64,000 nt of DNA, taken from contig NZ_BAABFP010000008.1 of NCBI RefSeq assembly GCF_039541115.1, positions 434,001 through 498,000 on the forward strand, given 5' to 3'. Under the pieces are notes generated by a model. The model was not told the origin of the DNA and searched no databases. It saw only the letters and a program-made list of their open reading frames with translations. The position numbers and the translations under genes are program-made. The stretch's first letter is position 1. Every line of letters starts with the position of its first letter. Source of the DNA: Angustibacter luteus. Its GTDB lineage: Bacteria > Actinomycetota > Actinomycetes > Actinomycetales > Angustibacteraceae. Of this stretch, positions 57,172 to 64,000 are shown in pieces.

Positions 57172-57755
57172 GGGTCCGCCGGCCGCTGAGGCTTGTCCTC
57201 CTCGGGCAGCCGCGGCTCGGTGCGCCGGTCGGGGTGCACTCCGTGCTTGTCGGCGTAGAACGCCCGGATGACGTCCATGTCCGCGCGCACGTCACCGGTC
57301 GGCACCAGGCTCGGCCCGAAACCCATCGTCCGGGTGGGCCCGTCGACGAAGCCCAGCGCGATCGGCATCCGGGCCGCGCGGGCGATCCGGTAGAACCCCG
57401 GCTTCCAGTACTCGCCCTTGGAGCGGGTCCCCTCGGCGGCGATCACCAGCAGGAAGTCCTCGCCGCTCTTCGCCTGCTTCATCAGCACCCGGATCAGCGC
57501 GCTCGGCTGCTCGCGGTCGACCGGCACCCCGCCGGTCACCGTCAGCAGCCAGCCCAGCGGCCCGTGGAACAGCTCCTTCTTGATCAGCACCCGCGGCTTG
57601 CGGCCCCCACGCCACATGATCATCAGCATCGTCACCCAGTCCCAGTAGGACGTGTGCGGTGCGCCCACCGCGACGCCGACCGCGGGCACCTCGCCGACGA
57701 CCTTCCAGCGGGTGACGCGCAGCAGCGCTCGGGCGATGGCAGGGCGGATGATCAT
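57153..57755 (-). CDS. PlsC-type acyltransferase
   Basis: PHTSYWD (HxxxxD), VPVDR, EGTRS. Confidence 0.88.
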   Translation of the reverse strand: MIIRPAIARALLRVTRWKVVGEVPAVGVAVGAPHTSYWDWVTMLMIMWRGGRKPRVLIKKELFHGPLGWLLTVTGGVPVDREQPSALIRVLMKQAKSGEDFLLVIAAEGTRSKGEYWKPGFYRIARAARMPIALGFVDGPTRTMGFGPSLVPTGDVRADMDVIRAFYADKHGVHPDRRTEPRLPEEDKPQRPADPTHPPR

Positions 57756-57837
57756 GGCGGCCTCCTCGAACAGGGACCCTAGCCGCGTGCAGCGCTTTGC
57801 GGTTGCCGGTGCCTCCGGGTGCCCGCAGGATGCGTCC

Positions 57838-58881
57838 ATGCCCCGCCTGCGCACCGTCTCGCCGACCGACCCCGGGATCGCCCGCCGCCGGCAGGGCCGC
57901 GGCTTCCGGTACGTCGACGCCGGGCAGCCGGTCACCGACGCCGTCGTGATCACCCGGATCAAGTCACTCGTGATCCCGCCGGCCTGGGAGGAGGTCTGGA
58001 TCTGCCGCTACCCCAACGGCCACATCCAGGCCGTCGGCACGGACGCCGCCGAACGCCGCCAGTACCTCTACCACCCGCAGTGGCGGCGGCAGCGGGACCA
58101 GGCCAAGCACGACCGCGTCCTCACCGTGGCCGCGCGCCTGCCGAAGGCACGCCAGCGGGTCAGCCAGGACCTCACGCTGGACGGCATGCCCCGCGAGCGC
58201 GCGCTGGCCACCGCGTTCCGGCTGCTCGACCTCGGCTTCTTCCGGATCGGCGGCGAGACGTACGCCGAGCAGAACGGCAGCTACGGGCTCGCCACCATCA
58301 CCCGCGACCAGGTCAGCCTCGACGGCGACCTGGTGGTGTTCGAGTACACCGCCAAGTCCGGCAAGGAACGCTACGTCGCGCTTGGCGACCCCGAGCTGCT
58401 CGCGGCCGTGAACACGTTGCGGCGCAGGCGAGGTGGCACCGACGAGCTGCTCGCGTACCGCGACGGACGGAATTGGCGCGACATCACCAGCGAGGACATC
58501 AACACCTACGTCAAGGACGTCGTCGGCGGCGAGGTCTCCGCCAAGGACTTCCGCACCTGGCACGGCACCGTGCTCGCCGCGGTCGCACTCGCCGTGTCGA
58601 CCAACGCCGCCGGCACGCCGTCGTCCCGCAAGCGCGCCATCGCCCGCGCGATGCGCGAGGTCGCCGACTACCTGGGCAACACCCCGGCGGTGGCCAGGGC
58701 GTCCTACGTCGACCCGCGGGTCATCGACCTGTTCGAGGACGGGACGACGATCGAGCCCGCGCTGCGCAAGCTCGGCGAGGACGTGCAGCCCGGCCACCCG
58801 GCCACCCACGGCGCGATCGAACGGGCGGTGCTGCGCATGTTGCGAGGCGCGCCGTCCGCTCGACGACGCGCCTCGCGCTGA
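57838..58881 (+). CDS. DNA topoisomerase IB (bacterial/poxvirus-like)
   Basis: IPPAW, GHIQA, QYLYHPQW, FRIG, AKSGK, KDFRTW, LGNTPAVARASY. Confidence 0.92.
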   Translation: MPRLRTVSPTDPGIARRRQGRGFRYVDAGQPVTDAVVITRIKSLVIPPAWEEVWICRYPNGHIQAVGTDAAERRQYLYHPQWRRQRDQAKHDRVLTVAARLPKARQRVSQDLTLDGMPRERALATAFRLLDLGFFRIGGETYAEQNGSYGLATITRDQVSLDGDLVVFEYTAKSGKERYVALGDPELLAAVNTLRRRRGGTDELLAYRDGRNWRDITSEDINTYVKDVVGGEVSAKDFRTWHGTVLAAVALAVSTNAAGTPSSRKRAIARAMREVADYLGNTPAVARASYVDPRVIDLFEDGTTIEPALRKLGEDVQPGHPATHGAIERAVLRMLRGAPSARRRASR

Positions 58882-58928
58882 GCCCTGCCTCGGACCCGGT
58901 CCCTGAGCCGGGCCCGAACAGGACCGGC

Positions 58929-59747
58929 CTACTTCACCTCGCGGCGGTTGCTCAGGTAGAGCCCGGCCACGATCGGGACGACGACCCAGATCAGGATCGA
59001 CGTCAGGGACTCCCAGCCCTTGCCGTCGAGCTTGAACTGACCGATGCGGTCGAACGCGCTGAAGACGTCGAACCACGAGCCGACGTGCTTGAGCAGGGTG
59101 TTGGCCAGGACGGCGAACAGGAAGGGGGCCACGAAGAAGGCGGTCAGGGCGACCCCGGTGATCGGGATCAGGGCGCCGAACCCGGCACCCATGAGCACGA
59201 ACATGGCCTGGGTCAGGTACTGGCCGGCCCAGTAGCTCCACGGGTCCTCGCCGGCCCAGGTCACCGAGTCGGGGCTGATCGCCCCGGCCAGCGCGGTCGC
59301 CAGGGCGGCCACCACGGTGATCGCCACCATGACGCCCAGCATGAGCAGGAGCGCCGCCACCAGCTTCGCCAGCAGCACCGGGATCCGCCGCGGTGAGAGC
59401 GTGAACGTGGTGAGCGCCGTCCGCTGGGACCACTCGCTGGTCATCGCCAGGATGCCGAGCACCGGCAGCAGGAAGGCCGCGGCGGCCAGGGCGGCACCGG
59501 CGAAGTCGCGGAACATGATCTCGCCCTGCGGGTCGTGCCAGGAGGCCCACACCAGCCAGCCGAGCGCCAGGACGGCCAACCCGACGATCACGCCGAGGAT
59601 CCAGCGGCCGGCGCGGTAGTCCACCGCCTTGCGCAGCTCGATCCGGGTCAGCCGGACGAACGAGGGCCGGACGACGGGTCCGAGGTTCGACGGGTGCTCG
59701 GTCGGGCGGCGGGACTGGTCGACCGTGCTCGTGTCGGCGGTGCTCAT
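58929..59747 (-). CDS. ABC-2 type transporter permease
   Basis: IELRK, TSEWSQRT, LLAKL, about 6 TM. Confidence 0.85.
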   Translation of the reverse strand: MSTADTSTVDQSRRPTEHPSNLGPVVRPSFVRLTRIELRKAVDYRAGRWILGVIVGLAVLALGWLVWASWHDPQGEIMFRDFAGAALAAAAFLLPVLGILAMTSEWSQRTALTTFTLSPRRIPVLLAKLVAALLLMLGVMVAITVVAALATALAGAISPDSVTWAGEDPWSYWAGQYLTQAMFVLMGAGFGALIPITGVALTAFFVAPFLFAVLANTLLKHVGSWFDVFSAFDRIGQFKLDGKGWESLTSILIWVVVPIVAGLYLSNRREVK

Positions 59748-60646
59748 GCCACGTCCTTGTCGTCGGCGAGCTCGGTGCCCGCGGTGAGGGTGAAGAACAG
59801 GTCCTCCAGGCCGGCGCCGTCGGCGGCGCGCAGCTCGAGCAGCACCTGCCCGGCCGCGGCGGCGGCGCGGCCGACCTGCTCGGGGGTGGCGTCCACGGTG
59901 AACGCGTCGTCCGGCAGCGGCGTCGGGTTCAGCCCGGCCGCGACGAGCGCGGCGTGCAGGCCCTGCGGGTCCAGCCCGCGGACCTTGATGCCCGACCCGG
60001 CCAGCAGCTCGGCGAGGTCCCCCTCGGCGACGATCTTGCCCTTGCCGATCACCACGAGGCGGTCGACGGTGGCCTGCACCTCGCTGAGCAGGTGGCTGGA
60101 CAGCAGCACCGTCCCGCCGCGGCGGGAGAAGTCCTGCAGCAGCTCGCGCATCCAGCGGATGCCCTCGGGGTCCAGGCCGTTGGCGGGCTCGTCCAGCACC
60201 AGCGCGGCCGGGTCGCCGAGCAGGGCGACCGCGATGCCGAGCCGCTGGCGCATGCCGAGCGAGTACTGGCCGACCCGGCGTCCGGCGGCCGAGGCCAGAC
60301 CGACCCGCTCGAGCATGTCGTCGGCCGCCCCCCTGCGGGCGCCGAGGACCTCACCGGCCACCTGCAGCGTCTCGCGGCCGGTCCGGCCGGCGTGCGCGGC
60401 GGCGGCGTCCAGCATGACCCCGACGACCCGGCCCGGGTTGGGCAGGTCGCGGTAGCGGCGACCGTCCACGGTGGCGGTGCCGGACGTGGGCGGGGTGAGT
60501 GCGGTGAGCATGCGCAGCGAGGTGGACTTCCCCGCGCCGTTCGGGCCGAGGAAGCCGGTGACGGTCCCCGGGGCGCAGGTGAAGCTGATGTCGTCCACGG
60601 CCAGGGTGTGGCCGTAGCGCTTCGTGAGGTTCGTGACGGTGATCAT
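59744..60646 (-). CDS. ABC transporter ATP-binding protein (BcrA-like)
   Basis: GPNGAGKST, YSLGMRQRL, LDEPANGLDPEG, SSHLLSE. Confidence 0.93.
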   Translation of the reverse strand: MITVTNLTKRYGHTLAVDDISFTCAPGTVTGFLGPNGAGKSTSLRMLTALTPPTSGTATVDGRRYRDLPNPGRVVGVMLDAAAAHAGRTGRETLQVAGEVLGARRGAADDMLERVGLASAAGRRVGQYSLGMRQRLGIAVALLGDPAALVLDEPANGLDPEGIRWMRELLQDFSRRGGTVLLSSHLLSEVQATVDRLVVIGKGKIVAEGDLAELLAGSGIKVRGLDPQGLHAALVAAGLNPTPLPDDAFTVDATPEQVGRAAAAAGQVLLELRAADGAGLEDLFFTLTAGTELADDKDVA

Positions 60647-60701
60647 GGGCTCCATCCTGACGGGTCCGGCGCGCCGCCCGGATCGGCCGATCGTCCCCGC
60701 C

Positions 60702-60725
60702 GACCCCCGACGAAAGTAGGGGGTC
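60702..60725. promoter_or_regulatory. Probable response-regulator site
   Basis: GACCCCC-GACGAAAGTA-GGGGGTC between ABC genes and the divergent two-component system. Confidence 0.55.
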
Positions 60726-60790
60726 ACGCGGTCCGGGGGTCGACGTCCGGACGACGTCCTCGGCGCCGCCGCCGCCCTACATTGGAGGCC

Positions 60791-62035
60791 GTGACCTCCC
60801 TGTGGACCAACGCGCACCTGCGCTGGCAGCGTGCCCGGGTCTTCGGCGCCCGGGTCAGCCCGCGGGCGAGGGACGTGCTGTTCGTCCTGGTGGTCCTCAG
60901 CATCAACCTCGGCTACGCCGCCAACCGCGACGGCAAGAGCGCGGACGACTGGGTGTTCGTCCTCGTCGTGGTCGGCATCGTCTCCGCCGTGGTGCTCTGG
61001 TGGCGGCGCCGTTACCCGGTGGCCGTCACCCTGATCACCCTGGTCTGCGCCGCGATCACCGGGATCCCGGCAGCGCTGACCGTCGCCCTGTTCACGCTGG
61101 CGATCCGGCGGCGCGACCGCGTGCTGTGGGCGATCACCGCGCTGTGCTTCGTGGTCGACGTCGTCCGCACGGCGTTGACCGACCACAGCATGAACCTGGT
61201 CTCGATCTTCCTGACCTCCACCCTGTACTTCGCGGCGGTGCTGGCGTTCGGCGCGTACGTCGGCGCCCGCCGCGACCTGGTGACGTCACTGCGCGAGCGG
61301 GCCGAGACCGCCGAGGCCGAGCGCGAGGCGCGCGCCGACCAGGCCCGGCTGGGGGAACGGCACCGGATCGCTCAGGAGATGCACGACGTCCTGGCGCACA
61401 AGGTGTCGCTCATCGCCCTGCACGCCGGCGCGCTGGAGGTCAACGCCGGTGCCGGGCCCGAGCAGGTGGAGCGGACCGCGGCGCTGGTGCGCACGACCGC
61501 CCGCGAGGCCCTCGACGACCTGCGCCGCGTGCTGGGCGTCCTGCGCACCGACGACTCACCCGACGGGTCCGATCTGGCGCCCGCGCCCGGCATCGCCGAG
61601 ATCGGCCGCCTGGTCGAGGCCTCTCGGGTGGCCGGAGTCGCGGTGGACCTGCGCTGCGAGGTCACCGGGACGCCGCCGGCCGTGCTGGGCCGCACGGCCT
61701 ACCGGATCGTGCAGGAGTCGCTGACCAACGTGCACAAGCACGCCCGCGCCGCCTCGACGGTGGTGCTGCTCAGCGGTGCGGAGGGCGTCGGGCTGGACGT
61801 CGAGGTGCGCAACCAGGTGCCGGTCTCGGCGGCGACGCTGCTGCCCGGGTCGGGCATGGGGCTGGTCGGCCTGAGCGAGCGGGTGGAGCTCGTCGGTGGG
61901 GAGCTGGAGTGGGGCCGGGCCGGGGACGGCGGGTGGCGGGTGCAGGCGCACCTGCCCTGGGCAGCGCCGGCCACCGAGGGCGCGGAGCCACCAGGCGCGG
62001 ACGCCGTCGAACCGGTTGAGGAGCCAGGCGCGTGA
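60791..62035 (+). CDS. Sensor histidine kinase (HisKA_3)
   Basis: TM N-terminus; ERHRIAQEMHDVLAH; QESLTNVHKHA; GSGMGLVGL. Confidence 0.93.
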   Translation: MTSLWTNAHLRWQRARVFGARVSPRARDVLFVLVVLSINLGYAANRDGKSADDWVFVLVVVGIVSAVVLWWRRRYPVAVTLITLVCAAITGIPAALTVALFTLAIRRRDRVLWAITALCFVVDVVRTALTDHSMNLVSIFLTSTLYFAAVLAFGAYVGARRDLVTSLRERAETAEAEREARADQARLGERHRIAQEMHDVLAHKVSLIALHAGALEVNAGAGPEQVERTAALVRTTAREALDDLRRVLGVLRTDDSPDGSDLAPAPGIAEIGRLVEASRVAGVAVDLRCEVTGTPPAVLGRTAYRIVQESLTNVHKHARAASTVVLLSGAEGVGLDVEVRNQVPVSAATLLPGSGMGLVGLSERVELVGGELEWGRAGDGGWRVQAHLPWAAPATEGAEPPGADAVEPVEEPGA

Positions 62036-62682
62036 CCCGGGTGCTGATCGTGGACGACGAGGGGCTGGTTCGGGCCGGGCTGCGGATGATCCTGTCCGCC
62101 GCCGAGGACCTCGACGTGGTCGGCGAGGCCGAGGACGGCGCGGACGCGGTGGACGCGGTCCGGGCCCACCGGCCGGACGTCGTCCTGATGGACATCCGGA
62201 TGCCGCGGCTCGACGGGCTGGCCGCGACCCGCGAGGTGCTCGCCCTGGCGGACCCGCCGCGAGTCGTCGTGCTCACCACGTTCGACCTGGACGACTACGT
62301 GTTCCGGGCGCTGGAGGCGGGGGCGTCCGGGTTCCTGCTCAAGGACACCCCGCCGCGCGAGCTGGTGCGCGCCGTCCAGGTGGTGGCGGCCGGCGAGGCG
62401 ATGCTGTCGCCGGCCGTGACCCGGCGGCTGATCGGCCACTTCGCGGGCGGCGGGGCGTCGTCCCGGCAACGGTCCGCGCTGGCCCGGCTCGACGTGCTGA
62501 CGGCCCGCGAGCGGGAGGTGCTCGTGGGGGTCGCTCGCGGGCTGTCCAACGCGGACATCGGCCGCGAGCTCTTCATGAGCGAGGCCACCGTGAAGGCGCA
62601 CGTGTCCCGGCTGCTCACCAAGCTGGACGCCGGGAACCGGGTGCAGGTCGCGATCCTGGCGCACGACGCCGGGCTGCTCTGA
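62032..62682 (+). CDS. NarL/LuxR family response regulator
   Basis: IVDD, LMDIRMP, LTTF, FLLK, LTAREREVL, TVKAHVSRLLTKL. Confidence 0.95.
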   Translation: MTRVLIVDDEGLVRAGLRMILSAAEDLDVVGEAEDGADAVDAVRAHRPDVVLMDIRMPRLDGLAATREVLALADPPRVVVLTTFDLDDYVFRALEAGASGFLLKDTPPRELVRAVQVVAAGEAMLSPAVTRRLIGHFAGGGASSRQRSALARLDVLTAREREVLVGVARGLSNADIGRELFMSEATVKAHVSRLLTKLDAGNRVQVAILAHDAGLL

Positions 62683-62698
62683 GCGGTCGGGTGGGCCC

Positions 62699-63058
62699 TC
62701 AATCCCAGCCGAGGTCGTGCAGGCGGTCGTCGTCGATGCCGAAGTGGTGCGCGATCTCGTGGACGACCGTGACCGCGACCTCCTCTACCACCTGCTCCTC
62801 GCTCGTGCAGGCGCGCAGCGTGGGGCCGCGGAAGATCATGATGCGGTCCGGCAGGGTGAGGCCGCCACCCCAGCCGAGGTCTCGCTCGGTGAGCGGGATG
62901 CCGACGTAGAGGCCGAGCGTGTCGGACGGCTCGTCGGCGGGCGGCTCGTCCTCGACCAGGACGACCACGTTGCGCATCAGCGCGGTGAGCTCGGGCGGCA
63001 CGGAGTCCAGGCCGGCGGCGACGGCCGCCTCGAAGTCCTGCTCGCTCATCTCGACCAC
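62699..63058 (-). CDS. Minimal zincin metallopeptidase (Zincin_1)
   Basis: LGLYVG, LPDRI, VVHEIAHHFGIDD. Confidence 0.88.
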   Translation of the reverse strand: MVEMSEQDFEAAVAAGLDSVPPELTALMRNVVVLVEDEPPADEPSDTLGLYVGIPLTERDLGWGGGLTLPDRIMIFRGPTLRACTSEEQVVEEVAVTVVHEIAHHFGIDDDRLHDLGWD

Positions 63059-63089
63059 GAGGTCAGTCTGCCGTGCGTCGTCGCGATCA

Positions 63090-63178
63090 CGTCGCGCGAA
63101 CAGGACTCGCGCGGCCCGGGCCCCCGCCCACGTGCTCGGGCGGTCGATCGCGGGCGGGTGAGTCCTGTTCGCGCGACG
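63090..63178. repeat. 89-bp element with 19-bp perfect terminal inverted repeats (REP/MITE-like)
   Basis: CGTCGCGCGAACAGGACTC (63090-108) and GAGTCCTGTTCGCGCGACG (63160-178). Confidence 0.75.
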
Positions 63179-63179
63179 G

Positions 63180-64000
63180 TCAGATCGCGATGGCGTCGAG
63201 CGCGGCGAGCTCGTCGGCGGTGAGCTCGAGGTCGACGGCCCGCACCGAGTCCAGGATCGTCTCGGGCCGGCTCGAGCCCGGGATCGGGATGACCCACGGC
63301 GACTTGGCGAGCTCCCAGGCCAGGGCGACCTGCTGCGGGCTCACCCCGTGCGCGTCGGCCACCTCGGCGAACGGCGCGTACGACGAGCCGAGGTCGGCCG
63401 CCTTCGTGATGCCGCCGAGCGGGCTCCACGGCAGGAAGGCGATGCCCAGCTCGTCGCAGAGCTGCAGCTCGGGCTCGCTGGAGCGGAACCGCGGCGAGAA
63501 CTGGTTCTGCACGCTGGCCAGCCGGCCACCGAGGATCGAGCGGGCCAGGGCGATCTGGTCCGGGTTCGCGTTCGAGATGCCGGCCTGGGCGATGACGCCC
63601 TCGTCGAGCAGGTCGCGGACGGCGCCCACGGAGTCCTCGTAGGCGACGTCCGGGTCCGGGCGGTGGAACTGGTAGAGGTCGATCCGGTCGACGCCCAGGC
63701 GCTTGAGCGAGTCCTGGACGGCGCTGCGCAGGTGCTCGGGCGAGCCGTCCTGGGTCCACGAACCGTCGCCCGGTCGCAGGTGGCCGCCCTTGGTGGCGAC
63801 CAGGATCGTGTCGGGGTCGCCGGACCAGGTGCGCAGCGCCTCGGCGATGAGCTCCTCGTTGTGTCCGACGTCGTCCGCGTGCAGGTGGTAGGCGTCCGCG
63901 GTGTCGATCAGGGTGACGCCGGCGTCGAGCGCGGCGTGGATGGTGCGGAGCGCCCGGTCGCGGTCCGGACGGCCCTCGATCGACAGCGGCATGCCACCGA
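63180..64000 (-). CDS. Aldo/keto reductase (5' end beyond window)
   Basis: GGMPLS, IDTADAY, VATKGG, IDLYQFHRPD, PWSPLGG, IPIPGSS. Confidence 0.92.
   Translation of the reverse strand, partial: GGMPLSIEGRPDRDRALRTIHAALDAGVTLIDTADAYHLHADDVGHNEELIAEALRTWSGDPDTILVATKGGHLRPGDGSWTQDGSPEHLRSAVQDSLKRLGVDRIDLYQFHRPDPDVAYEDSVGAVRDLLDEGVIAQAGISNANPDQIALARSILGGRLASVQNQFSPRFRSSEPELQLCDELGIAFLPWSPLGGITKAADLGSSYAPFAEVADAHGVSPQQVALAWELAKSPWVIPIPGSSRPETILDSVRAVDLELTADELAALDAIAI

Noticed and set aside
57838..58881. Phage integrase marking an island
   Set aside because: Motifs are those of TopIB; no att repeats, tRNA or compositional shift

Overview
Very GC-rich actinobacterial chromosomal DNA (genus not assignable from sequence alone), densely coding with about 61 CDSs. 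I found no rRNA, tRNA, CRISPR array, transposase or integrase. Family assignments come from motif recognition only; no database searches were run. The main result is a ~19 kb catabolic cluster (17346-36554): HDAC-family deacetylase, DmpA peptidase, CocE/NonD hydrolase, two Rieske oxygenase alpha subunits, a BetI-like TetR regulator, a SolA-like oxidase, an Opp/Dpp-type ABC importer, oligopeptidase B, a GcvT-like protein and a PYROXD2-like flavoprotein. It carries four copies of one 18-bp palindrome (ACTGA-N8-TCAGY), each at or near the head of a transcription unit; two copies lie inside the oligopeptidase B CDS. I infer a single regulon for importing and stripping N-methylated/N-acetylated amino acids or peptides. 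Also seen: three families of REP-like intergenic repeats, a Cys-containing leader peptide before sirA-cysH, many probable leaderless genes, several other operator-like palindromes, a type IB topoisomerase and two GGDEF proteins.
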